Of a stretch of DNA of 64,000 nt, positions 8,412 through 18,400 are shown one piece after another. This DNA is from an uncultured Solirubrobacterales bacterium. GTDB lineage: Bacteria > Actinomycetota > Thermoleophilia > Solirubrobacterales > Solirubrobacteraceae. The translations under genes and the position numbers were made by a program. The stretch spans positions 94,385 to 158,384 of the forward strand of contig CAWCEY010000009.1 in NCBI GenBank assembly GCA_963794715.1, in the 5' to 3' direction. Position 1 is the stretch's first letter, and every line of letters begins with the position of its first letter. The notes under the pieces are model-generated. The model had not been told where the DNA came from. It was given only the letters and a program-made list of their open reading frames with translations, and did no database searches.

Positions 8412-9890
8412 ATGCCCACTTTTTCCCTCGACGCGCAGCCGGAGGTGTTCTTCAGCACCGCCGCTACCAATGACGCGGTTGCGTACGCGGTGCAGACGGG
8501 ACGTGCCCGCAAGCTCGGGCCACGCCTATACACGAAGTCGATGAGCGGGGCGCCGGAGGATGTCTGCCGTCGCAATTGGGCGGCGGTCACCGCCGGCTAC
8601 TTCCCGGGGGCCGTTCTCACCGGCCGCTCGGCGTTCGCCTTCAGGCCGGCGGACGACGGGTCGGTATTTGTGAGCTCCCGGCAGGCCCGCGACGTGCGCG
8701 TCCCCGGCTTGCGCCTGCGCTCCCAGCGCGGGCCGGGCCGCCAGGAGGGCGATATGCCGTTCATGGGCCAGAACCTGTTCATCAGCTCCCGACCGCGGGC
8801 CTTTTTGGAGAACCTCAGCCTCTCCCGCTCACGTGCTGGCGCCGTGACGCGCACGCTGAGCCGGGAGGAGCTGGAGGAGGCGCTGGAGGAGTTCGGTCGC
8901 TATGACCCGGGCAGCCTGAATCGGCTGCGCGATGAGGCTCGCGCCCTAGCGGGACCCCTCCACGCCGAGCGCCAGTTCGGGCGGCTCGATGAGCTCATTG
9001 GCGGCCTGCTGCGCACGCGCAAGGTCGAGCTCTCCAGCCGCCGCGCCCGGGCGAGCGCCCGGGGCGAGCCCTTCGACCCCGCGCGGATCGAGGCGTTCGA
9101 GCAACTCGCCAACCACCTGCTGGGGGTGGGCTTGCCCTCCGTTCCCGAAGGCGCGTCGGCCGACATGAGCGTGCTGGCGTTTTACGAGGCCTACTTCTCC
9201 AACTACATCGAGGGGACAGAGTTCACTGTCGCCGAGGCCCGCGAAATCGTCTTCGCGGGACTGCTGCCACAGCAGCGCCCGCAGGACGCGCACGACATCT
9301 TGGAGACCTACCGGCTGGTCGCCGACCGTCACCAGCGTGGGCGCGCGCCGGGCAGGGCCGACGAGCTGGTGGCTATCATCCGCGACCAGCATCGAATGAT
9401 GCTCAGGGAACGTCCGGAGATCGGGCCCGGGCGCTACAAGCAGCGCAACAACCACGTCGGCGGGCACGAGTTCGTCGATCACCGACTCCTCGACGGCACG
9501 CTCCGCGAGGCCTTTCGCTTCTACGCATCGCTACCGGCCGGGTTTGCCCGGGCGGCCTTCGCGATGTTCGTGATCGCCGAGGTGCACCCGTTCGCCGACG
9601 GCAACGGCCGCACCGCGAGGCTGCTGATGAACTCCGAGCTGACCGCCGCCGGTCAGCAGCGCATCATCGTCACCACCCACGACCGTGGCGACTATCTCGC
9701 CGCGTTGCGGGGGATCAGCAACCATATGAACATACCGGCTTACATCTCGATGCTCGCCGAGCTGCAGCGCCGTACCGCGAGCATCGACTTCTCGACCCTC
9801 CCCGCGGCCGAACGCGACCTCCTGCGGGCAGCAGCGTTCACCGACCCCGACGTCGAGGAGCTGGCCGACCGGATCGACTGGCCGCGCTGA
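8412..9890 (+). CDS. Fic family protein, long form with N-terminal extension
   Basis: Canonical HPFADGNGRTAR motif; EAYFSNYIEGTEF. Confidence 0.88.
   Translation: MPTFSLDAQPEVFFSTAATNDAVAYAVQTGRARKLGPRLYTKSMSGAPEDVCRRNWAAVTAGYFPGAVLTGRSAFAFRPADDGSVFVSSRQARDVRVPGLRLRSQRGPGRQEGDMPFMGQNLFISSRPRAFLENLSLSRSRAGAVTRTLSREELEEALEEFGRYDPGSLNRLRDEARALAGPLHAERQFGRLDELIGGLLRTRKVELSSRRARASARGEPFDPARIEAFEQLANHLLGVGLPSVPEGASADMSVLAFYEAYFSNYIEGTEFTVAEAREIVFAGLLPQQRPQDAHDILETYRLVADRHQRGRAPGRADELVAIIRDQHRMMLRERPEIGPGRYKQRNNHVGGHEFVDHRLLDGTLREAFRFYASLPAGFARAAFAMFVIAEVHPFADGNGRTARLLMNSELTAAGQQRIIVTTHDRGDYLAALRGISNHMNIPAYISMLAELQRRTASIDFSTLPAAERDLLRAAAFTDPDVEELADRIDWPR
9855..9890 (+). repeat. 36-bp repeat shared by the 3' ends of the Fic and Uma2 genes (partner 10424-10459)
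   Basis: 33/36 identical; proteins end EELADRIDWPR* and EQLAERIDLPR*. Confidence 0.85.
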
Positions 9891-9937
9891 GCTCAACCCG
9901 GATCGGGAGGCGAGAGAGCAGCGTCTATCCTTGTGCA

Positions 9938-10459
9938 ATGCCCACGCTGGTGATGGACCCTGCTCCGGCCGAGATTGTCGCGCTGATCGAGCGTCGGCGT
10001 CGCCTCGGGCTCGACCACCGCGACGAGATTTGCGAAGGTGTCTACCGGATGAATCCACCGCCCTCGCACGAGCACCAGGTCATTCTGCAACAGCTGGCCG
10101 AGCTGCTCGGGCCGCTGGCGCGAGACGCCGGCCTGGAGGCCGTCATCCAAGAGTTCGGCCTGGGCACGTCCGACGAGTACCGCGTGCCCGACGGAGGCCT
10201 GCACCGCCCCGGTGCCGGCGGCGTCTGGCACCCCACCGCGGCGCTCGTCATCGAGATCGTCTCTCCCGGCGACGAGACGTGGAAGAAGCTCCCCTTCTAC
10301 GCCGCCCACCACGTCGACGAGCTGCTGATCATCGACCCGGCCAAGCGCACTGTCGATTGGCTCGGGCTCGACGGCGGCGAGTACCGCCCGATCGAGCGCA
10401 GCGGCCTGATCGACCTCGGCTCCGAGCAGCTGGCCGAGCGGATCGACTTGCCGCGCTGA
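9938..10459 (+). CDS. Uma2 (DUF820) PD-(D/E)XK endonuclease-fold protein
   Basis: YRVPDGG, LVIEIVSPGDETWKKLPFYAA. TATCCT lies 6 nt before the ATG (leaderless). Confidence 0.88.
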   Translation: MPTLVMDPAPAEIVALIERRRRLGLDHRDEICEGVYRMNPPPSHEHQVILQQLAELLGPLARDAGLEAVIQEFGLGTSDEYRVPDGGLHRPGAGGVWHPTAALVIEIVSPGDETWKKLPFYAAHHVDELLIIDPAKRTVDWLGLDGGEYRPIERSGLIDLGSEQLAERIDLPR

Positions 10460-10493
10460 ATCGACCAGTCCGCCGGCTCGCCACGCGCAACCT

Positions 10494-10706
10494 CCCGAGG
10501 ACATCCCCGACAAAGCGGTTTCGCTGCGGCGGATCGGGCGGCTGTTCGTGCCCTACCGCGTGCGGCTCGGGTTGCTGCTGGGGCTGATCGTGTTCGGCTC
10601 GATCCTCAGGGTCGCCTCGCCCTTCCTGCTGCGCGAAGCGGTCGACAAGGGGATCGTCGGGCACGACCTGGAACTGCTGACGTGGATGGTGGCGGGGATG
10701 ATCGCG
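10494..10706 (+). pseudogene. Start-less 213-bp fragment of the ABC transporter gene (direct repeat of 22060-22272)
   Basis: 10 mismatches over 213 bp by manual alignment; homology ends abruptly at 10706. Confidence 0.93.
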
Positions 10707-10738
10707 TTGACGCATGCGATTGGTAGCGTGCTCGACAT

Positions 10739-11392
10739 ATGAGTGGTTTCGAAGGTTTTCGCGATTCGCCGCAGGCACCGTTCTACCGAGCGGGCGCCCG
10801 CTCGCCCGATGACACCTGGAACGATGCCTCCAGGCGACTGGAGAAGACGATCGAATCCGCCACCGCGGCGGCCGGGCATCGGCCGATCGAGATGACCGTC
10901 GAGCGCGTGTGCGGCTGGCACCGGGGAATCTTCCTGAGCACATTCCCGCGCGAGGCCGGATACATCCGCTCCGACCATGAGCCCGCCGAATTCGCGATTC
11001 CGATCGACATCGACGGCGAGACCGTCACGACACCGATGCACGGCACGCTCCCACACAGCGAGATCCTCACGCGCCTGCGTGGCGCCTGCGAGACGTACAA
11101 CGCCAAGCAGGCCACGCTTCAGCGCCGGACGGGAGCGCTCACCGCCGTCGAGGGCGCCACACCCCCGGCGGAGCTGTACGCCGCGATCCTCGAGATCCAC
11201 CCCTTCATCGACGGCAACCTGCGCGCGGCCTACGTCGCGCTGCAGGTCGGGCTCGCTTCGCTGGGCCTGCCAACGGTCCGCTTCGGGCACGCAATCGACC
11301 GCCACGACGAGTGCCTGGGCTGGGCGATGCGGGGCGATGCCGAGCGCACGATCGCACCGCTGGCCGAGCTGATCGTGGAGCTGGCGCAATGA
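10739..11392 (+). CDS. Fic/Doc family protein with variant motif
   Basis: HPFIDGNLRAA (canonical HPFxDGNGRxxR). Confidence 0.75.
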   Translation: MSGFEGFRDSPQAPFYRAGARSPDDTWNDASRRLEKTIESATAAAGHRPIEMTVERVCGWHRGIFLSTFPREAGYIRSDHEPAEFAIPIDIDGETVTTPMHGTLPHSEILTRLRGACETYNAKQATLQRRTGALTAVEGATPPAELYAAILEIHPFIDGNLRAAYVALQVGLASLGLPTVRFGHAIDRHDECLGWAMRGDAERTIAPLAELIVELAQ

Positions 11393-11432
11393 CCACGCAA
11401 CGACGGGTCCATCACGCGCTATCCTCAAGGAC

Positions 11433-11636
11433 ATGACGAGGATCCGATACCGAGACCTGGATCTACCCCCCGGGCTCTGCATTGCTGACGGCAACGGCGT
11501 CAGACCGTGGGACGAGAACTCCGCCAAAGAGCTCGCCCTCGACGCCATGATCCTCTCCCAAGGCGCCGAGCGCGGCCAGGCAATGCTCGACGCCCTAGAG
11601 CAGACCGAGCACTCACCGGCCGTCTCCAGCCGCTGA
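11433..11636 (+). CDS. Small hypothetical protein downstream of Fic (possible partner)
   Basis: 67-aa ORF with AAGGA just upstream; no recognised family. Confidence 0.45.
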   Translation: MTRIRYRDLDLPPGLCIADGNGVRPWDENSAKELALDAMILSQGAERGQAMLDALEQTEHSPAVSSR

Positions 11637-11698
11637 ACATTGCAACGACCTCCCCGGGCGGGGATTGGAGTCGCGGCGCGGGCGTTAGAATCCTGTCT

Positions 11699-11908
11699 AT
11701 GACAGCTAAAGATCTGCTGCTGGAGCAGGCACCAAGTTGGAGTGATGCGCAGGCCACCGCGGCCCTGCGCGTGGTGGCGGCCCAAACCGCACTGGCGGCA
11801 TACCTCACCGACGAGGCGAACGGCTCGACTGAGGAGCTGGATGCGCGCGAGGACTGCTGGGCAGAGGCGAGTGCCCGCGAGGCGATCCTCGCGTCCGTCG
11901 ACTGCTGA
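11699..11908 (+). CDS. Small acidic helical protein, antitoxin-like
   Basis: TAGAAT-N7-ATG leaderless start; MTAKDLLLEQAPSWSDAQATAALRVV; acidic C-terminus. Confidence 0.55.
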   Translation: MTAKDLLLEQAPSWSDAQATAALRVVAAQTALAAYLTDEANGSTEELDAREDCWAEASAREAILASVDC

Positions 11909-11981
11909 ACCACCACGGCGCCCGCGGCAATCCGCCGTGGTACGCGGGTGCGGTATTTGTTCGGCTGGCTAAGATCTGGGC

Positions 11982-12191
11982 ATGGCATTGGCCCTGAAAC
12001 GAATCCACACCGACTTCTCCGGCTACGAAGGCCAGTGGGTCGCGATCGACATGCGTACGGGCAAGATCGTGATTGCCGACAAGGACCCGCATGTGGTCCT
12101 GCGCAAGGCCAAGGGCCGCAACCACGTAGTCGTGCATGGCCGCGTCCCGTACGCGGATGAGCCGCTCCGCGACCACTTCGGCTTTGCCTGA
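11982..12191 (+). CDS. DUF5678-like small protein
   Basis: YEGQWVAID...IVIADKD pattern; TAAGAT-N6-ATG leaderless start; overlaps the next gene. Confidence 0.65.
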   Translation: MALALKRIHTDFSGYEGQWVAIDMRTGKIVIADKDPHVVLRKAKGRNHVVVHGRVPYADEPLRDHFGFA

Positions 12192-12579
12192 GACACCCCC
12201 GCTGCCCTGGCTGTACGCGTACCAGGAGGACGCCCATTCGACCCGGCTCAGCCAGCCGATCCTGCGGCCGTTCGTGCTGGTCTCGCTCGTGCACGGCAGC
12301 CAGAGCACCTCGCTGCTGCAAGGCCTGGTCGACACCGGCGCCGACGCGATCCTCGCGAGCGACCTGCTCACCGTCGAGCTCGAGATCGACCTCGACGACA
12401 ACGAGGGCGAAGCCACCCACGCGGTCGGTGGCAAGGTGCTTGAGACCCGCTACAAGACGCTCGATCTGCGTCTGTATCCCAGCGACGGCGCCGAGGACTC
12501 CTCCGTCAGCTCTTCTTGCCCCCTTTGGTCTTGTGCTTGGTGCTCTTCGCGTGCACGGCCTTCTTCGCGCAGCCGGTGA
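12184..12579 (+). pseudogene. Retropepsin-like (clan AA) aspartic protease, probably 3'-truncated near 12500
   Basis: RP.V.V...GLVDTGAD motif; TTG start overlaps the DUF5678 stop; the last ~25 codons are antisense of the next gene. Confidence 0.65.
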
Positions 12580-15442
12580 CCGTGACCGGCGTGATCTGGT
12601 GGATTTCGGCGCCGTTCTGGGCGACGAATTCAGTCGGCATCTGCAGTGTCGCCGGCTTGGTCTGTTTGGCCTTGCGGGTGATCGTCTTCGTTTGGCCGTG
12701 GATCTTGACCGTGACCTTCTTCTTGACCGTGACGGTCTTTGTGGTCGCGCAGAGGTTCCCGAGCGCGGTGAGTGCGCTGTAGGGGCCCTCTGGGAGCGTC
12801 AGTTCGAAGCTCGTGACGGGCTGGTCGGGGACGGTCTTGAACGTGCTTGACGTGACGCCGGCTTTGCTGATGAACGTGGTGCCGACCAGGTCGATCGTGA
12901 ACCCGTAGCCCTGCAGCACGACGATGAGACTTGGCCACCCTTCGCCGCCGTGGGAGACGAAATACGCGGGGCCTTCCAGCGGGACCGGGAGGATCGGAGT
13001 GATCGCCCTGGCGTGCCCGATGATCGACGCCGGCGGGCACCCCGCGGGGTTGGCTTCAAACTGTGCGGCGGTGCACGCTTTCTGCAGCGTCGGCAGACGG
13101 GAGGGCAACTGCTCGGGGAGTTCGACTTTGACGCGGCTGATGTTGGCCTGGGTGCCGAGCGCGCCGGGAACCGTGAGCTTCGCGGTCAGGCTCGCGCCGT
13201 CCGCGCGGCTGGTCTTCGCAGAGGTGGAGACGGAGAACGAGGGCTTGAACGCGAGGCTTGAGCAGTCCGCGGCCTCAAACGGCGTGTTCACACTCACCGG
13301 GACCTGGTCTGAGGGGTCGGCAAAGTTCGCGCCGGCGCCGTCGATCGTGTTCGTGATCTGTAGGGGGCTGCAGTTGGTGGGGTTGATGATGAACTTACTG
13401 CGGTCCATGTACACCCGGATGTCGCGGACGTGTACGACGATGCCTTTGATGATGTGGGGGATTGGGTCTGAGCCGTTGGCTGAGACTTCGACCTGTGCGG
13501 TCGAAGGGTTGATGTCGAGCGCGAAGCGGATCACGACAGTCCCCAAATCGAATGGGCCCACCTTGGCCGAAGTGATCGAGACGATCGATAGCGGCGCGCC
13601 ATGATATGGGCCCGCCAGATAGATCTTGCCGGGTGTTTGCGCGAGTACGGTGCCGACGCCCGCTTCGACGATTGTGTGCCCGATTTCGCTTGAGGCGGGG
13701 CAGGAAGGGTTTGCTTCCTCTTGTGCGCCGGTCATGTTCTTTGACGCTTCGATCGCGGCTTCGGGGCAGAACGGGATCCCTGTGAGGTTGCCGGTCAGTC
13801 CCGGTGGCAGCGTGGTCGAGAACCTGGTGAGCTCTTGTTCGCCGTCTTCGCGGATGATCCGCAGGTAGAACGGGCTGTAGGTGCCGCCGGCGTTGTTCTG
13901 GGTGCCGGAGATTACCTGGGGATGGAATGGTGGCACGCCACCGGAGGGGCAGGGGCCTTCGCGGACGCCCTGGGTGATCTGGAACGGCTGGCTCAAGGAA
14001 AAGCTCGGTTCTGCGGGTGCTGACCACGGCGTCAGCTGCGCCTGGGTGCTGTATGACCCGCACGCTGGTGGGCTCACCAGCGGCGCGGTCGCGCCAGGAC
14101 GGAACTTCAGCGTGAACTTGCTGAACGGCTGCTGGGGATTATCATCAAACGTCGTCACCAGCTGCCCCGTCACCGGGTTCGGCTCGATCTTGCCCGCGAC
14201 CTTCACCACGATCCCACGCGCGGGATCCTTCGCCACGACATACAGCGCGAGCAGCGACCCACCCGGGTGCTGCGGATCGCCGAACGCGGGAACATTGTCA
14301 TACGGTGTGGCGATGTAGATCGCGCCCGGGATCTTTTCCGCGAGCACCGGTGTTTCGATTTCGATCGAGCCGATCTTCGATTCAGGCGGACAACCAACCC
14401 CCGGCAAGGATTCCGCCGTCTCGGCTTCATACTCGCCCCGGGTGCACGCCCCAAGCCCCGCCGCCAGCGACGGGTTGGCCGTCACCCCTTCCGGAAGCGT
14501 CACCACCGCATCCTTCAGATTCGACGCGGACCTCGCCGTCGGATCTTCCCACGTCTGCGGGTTCACCACCGAGAAATCCAAGCCAGTGGGCGATTCCGCA
14601 GCGACCGTCGAGGGCGTCACCTCGATCGAGGGATGAAACGGCAAGCGTTCGCATTCGACCATCGGAGCGATCTGCGTGGTTTCTTCGAGCACTTCTTCAG
14701 GATCCTGCCAATCATTGCTCTTGAATGTCGCGGTGAACGGTTCCGAAGAGCAGCTCGTCGGGTTGGCGAGATACGGACGAGGACTGACGTCCGCCGACAG
14801 CCCACCACCGTGGCACACACCGTTCGTGCATTCCTGGCCACGCTGTTCGTCATGAGCCGGGTCAGCCGGAACCCCCCACACCGTGACAGACACTTCGGAA
14901 AGTTCGGTCAAACCCTGAAGATCTTCGCTGGTGATCGTCAGCCCCAGATCGCTAGGACGCACCTTGACCACCAAATTCTGAGTGATAATGCCACCAAGAT
15001 TGAACGCGAACATCGCCGCGATACCAGGATCGATGACTTCCATGTTATACAAAGGAAGAGTGACCAGCTCCGCGGTGGGACGATCGGGAGCACCCGAGAT
15101 CGCGAAGCTGATCGTCCCCACCTGAGAATCCGGCGAGCACTGCGGATGTTTGCTGTTGAGGAGCTCCGAAGCCGTGCAGGTCGCAACAGCGGTGTTGTTG
15201 CCGACGAAACCGGCGGGCAGTTCGACCGAGGTGGTCCTCGCGTTGCCCTGCGTCTGACCCGCGCCGTTATGAACGAATTTGAAAGCGGTCGTGAGATCCT
15301 CATGAACACCGGCCTGCTGAGTAGACGGAGTGACATGAAACGAGCCGGGCTGGATCGCAAACGCGCCGGCACCCGCCGGCAACACACCCCCCGCAAGAAC
15401 GCATACGGCAACGACCAGCCTCAAACGAGCAGCAGCGCTCAT
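12506..15442 (-). CDS. Large secreted protein (978 aa) with four ~230-aa Cys-containing repeats and a Lys-rich tail
   Basis: Signal peptide (RLRLVVAVCVLAGGVLPAGAGA); LP.G...C...CP..S.IG occurs four times; C-terminus KKAVHAKSTKHKTKGGKKS. Confidence 0.88.
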   Translation of the reverse strand: MSAAARLRLVVAVCVLAGGVLPAGAGAFAIQPGSFHVTPSTQQAGVHEDLTTAFKFVHNGAGQTQGNARTTSVELPAGFVGNNTAVATCTASELLNSKHPQCSPDSQVGTISFAISGAPDRPTAELVTLPLYNMEVIDPGIAAMFAFNLGGIITQNLVVKVRPSDLGLTITSEDLQGLTELSEVSVTVWGVPADPAHDEQRGQECTNGVCHGGGLSADVSPRPYLANPTSCSSEPFTATFKSNDWQDPEEVLEETTQIAPMVECERLPFHPSIEVTPSTVAAESPTGLDFSVVNPQTWEDPTARSASNLKDAVVTLPEGVTANPSLAAGLGACTRGEYEAETAESLPGVGCPPESKIGSIEIETPVLAEKIPGAIYIATPYDNVPAFGDPQHPGGSLLALYVVAKDPARGIVVKVAGKIEPNPVTGQLVTTFDDNPQQPFSKFTLKFRPGATAPLVSPPACGSYSTQAQLTPWSAPAEPSFSLSQPFQITQGVREGPCPSGGVPPFHPQVISGTQNNAGGTYSPFYLRIIREDGEQELTRFSTTLPPGLTGNLTGIPFCPEAAIEASKNMTGAQEEANPSCPASSEIGHTIVEAGVGTVLAQTPGKIYLAGPYHGAPLSIVSITSAKVGPFDLGTVVIRFALDINPSTAQVEVSANGSDPIPHIIKGIVVHVRDIRVYMDRSKFIINPTNCSPLQITNTIDGAGANFADPSDQVPVSVNTPFEAADCSSLAFKPSFSVSTSAKTSRADGASLTAKLTVPGALGTQANISRVKVELPEQLPSRLPTLQKACTAAQFEANPAGCPPASIIGHARAITPILPVPLEGPAYFVSHGGEGWPSLIVVLQGYGFTIDLVGTTFISKAGVTSSTFKTVPDQPVTSFELTLPEGPYSALTALGNLCATTKTVTVKKKVTVKIHGQTKTITRKAKQTKPATLQMPTEFVAQNGAEIHQITPVTVTGCAKKAVHAKSTKHKTKGGKKS

Positions 15443-18400
15443 CGCTTCACCCTCCCGTTCTTGCCGGCCTTCCCGGCTTTTTTCTTGGGTCTCGTCCTAT
15501 GCTTGCGCTTCTTGGTTTTCTTCGTGGTGGCATGCTTCGGTTTCCCGCCTTTCACCGCCGGTTTGCCGGACGGCACCGGCGTCACGTTCCCCGACCCGGC
15601 GAACGTCGAGCTCGACGGCGTCGCGTCGACCGGAGCGCTCGGCGGCGTTGAGCACGCATCCGCTTCGCATTCCACCGTCGAGGCCGCCGGCGGCGCGAAA
15701 CCACCATCGATCCGCACATCATAAAGATCCCCAGCGGTGTCCTGATCGGCCGGAGCCAGCTGCGAGTGAGTGGCTATCAGAACGTCCCGGCCCGAGGGAT
15801 CCGTACCGAGCAACACATTACGGAACCCATCAATCCCGTTCGTCAACAGAGCGACACAACCCGCGACCCGAGAACAACCATCGACACCATTCGCACGCCA
15901 CTCATACACATCCCAACTATGGCTGGGCGGTACAAACGTTTCTGGTTCTTCACCATCGATATCCTGGGGAACGAGCTCAGAGACCGACCTGAAGAACGCG
16001 AAGCGACCGTCGTCGGACCCCCACGTAGGACGCGGCGTAGCACCATTTATATACTTTTCTTTGCCCGCGCCGAGCTGCCCATAAGGCGCAAACTCGCCCC
16101 CTCCGGCCGGATGGAAGGCAGTGCACGCGATGCAGGTCGCAGTACCCGAATCGCGGTCATAGCGATACGGCCCCGCACCCGGCGCACCGAAGAAGCCCTG
16201 CTGAAAATAGAAGAAGCGGCCGTCCGCGGTGACGAAGAAGTGCGCGGACGCCTGGCCTTCTTCGCGGTCCTGGAAGATGAACTGGAGCTTTTCGCTGGCT
16301 ACGTCGAAAACGTACCAATTTTGGATCCCCTTGTTGTAACTGGTGATATCAGGGGTCGGCGGCGCTTCGGGCGTGAGTTGACGGGGCGAACTAAAATAGA
16401 CAGTGCTGGCGTCATTGGAGACCGTCGCGGCGATTCTTTCACCTGCCCTCTGCCCAAGGATCGCCTTGCTGCCGTCGAGCACGAGCGGCTTGAGTGTCCG
16501 AGTTTTGGTGTCGTAGCTGAACGTGATCTGTTCGCCGTCGTGGCCGAGCAAGAGCATCGCGCCGTTGGGGCTCGCGGCGTCGAAGGTATATTCGCCGATG
16601 TCAACGGTTTCAGACCCGTTCACCCGCATGTACAGGTGGCTGTGATATACGGCCGGGTCATAGCGGAGCCCACCCGCTGGACACGGGCCGTCAGGGATCG
16701 CTTCGAAGAAGATCTTGGAGCCGTCTTCGGAGATCGCGTGGGCAGCGAAGACGTCCACGTAACCTTCGAAGTTTTCGCTGCCGAGGGGAACCCTGGCGCC
16801 GCAGACGCCGATCGTGTGGCCCTGCGAATCGACGTTCACCTGCGCCAGGCCGGCCCGGGCGGTGTATTCATACAGGTCGGGAAGGCCCGCGGCGGTCGTG
16901 CTCTGAGGCAGTCCGGGCAACGCGTGGTCACGGGTCATCACCACAAGCTTGCTGAGCGTCGGCGTGGCAGCCGCCCACATATCCTTGCCTTCACCATTTT
17001 CGAGCAACTGATTGAAAGGTGTCGAAGCGACAGGCGTGTAAGGGCCACCGTCGGGACCAAGCAGCAGATCCTGGTCAGCTGAATGACTCTGATAAGTCGG
17101 TTCGGAATAGCGAGCGAGGGCGACCTGCGAAAGATCCGCGCTGAAGATTTCCGGCAGATACGTGTCCTCCCCAGAGCCAGGCGGCGTGAGCGAGGTCATC
17201 CGCCAGCCGGCAGTGGGATCGCGGTCAAAGACATAATCGGACACGAACGGGTTGGGATCCGAGCCGTACTTCGCGAGCGTCCGCAGCAAGACGTGTTCGC
17301 CGCCTTCGCCGAGACGCGCCAGCGAGGAGGCCGAGCCGTAGTTGAAATTGTCCTGCGCGCCGTTCTTACTCGCCGGCGTGATCAACTCATAGGCACGACA
17401 GTCCGGCAGGCGAGCCGCGAGCCCGGAACGGAAACTTTCGTTCGGACAGGACACCGACGGCTGCGCAGGCGCGGGAACAGGGACAGTGAACGTCTGTTCA
17501 GCACCAGCGATAACCCCCGCTTCGCTATGCGCAAGCAGACGATAATGATAAGTGACGCCAGACTGCAATCCAGGCAGCGTGACACCCACGATCTGCGACT
17601 GGTAGAGCAGGAGATTGGCCTTACCTTCCTGTGAGCGTTCTTCAGTGCGGTGAGCCCCGACGCCAAGGTCAACGTCGGGGCTCGTCTCAGGGTTGGCAAA
17701 ACCTTCCGCTTCGAAGTGTTGCTGAGTGACGTACTCGACGTGATAGTGAGCGTCAGTCGTCACGCTGCGAGGATCGACCGAGCCGAGGACGCGGAACGAT
17801 TCGCCGTCGAGGACCCGGGTGGCAAACGTGACCGCGGCGGGCGGACCTGCGGTTTCGAAGCCGATCGGCGAGGTGGTCTGGGAGCCAGCCGCGTTTTCGG
17901 CAAAGAGGCGCACATAGTAGATGGTGGCCGGGTTCAGGCCGGTGAGGTCGGTGGAGAAGCTGTGAGGCTCCTGGTCGGCTTCGCCGGCGGGGATGGTTCC
18001 TTCAACGCCCGGGGTCCACGGACCGGTTTCCGAGCTGGCCGTTTCAAAGCGCCAATGCGTTTCGGAGCTGTCGGGGATGACGGTGCCTGGGACGTGGGCG
18101 GCGGTAGCGGAGACGTTGTCGGGCAAGCCGACGTTCGGGCGCGGCTGGGCCGGTGAGGTGGCGAATGTGGCCGTCTCAGTCGCGGAGCCTAGGGAGTTGG
18201 AGGCGAACGCGCGAACGTAGTAGACGGTCTGGGGGGTGAGGCCGGTGAGGTGCGCGACCTTCGTCGGAGCAAAATCTTCAGCGACGCTGACGCTGCCTTC
18301 GGTGCCCGCGACCGGGATGTAAAAACCATTTTCTTCGGTCGAGTAAGCAAGGTGATATTCAGTCGGGATGCCATCCGTGTCCAGTTCGGCGAAGACACTG

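Noticed and set aside
10548-10742. Independent 64-aa membrane protein
   Set aside because: It is the duplicated ABC fragment read from an internal GTG; treated as a pseudogene fragment.
11632-11966. Integron attC sites (GCTGAAC...GTT with hairpins)
   Set aside because: R''/R' boxes are poorly complementary or the hairpin spacing does not fit attC geometry, and there is no IntI integrase in the window.
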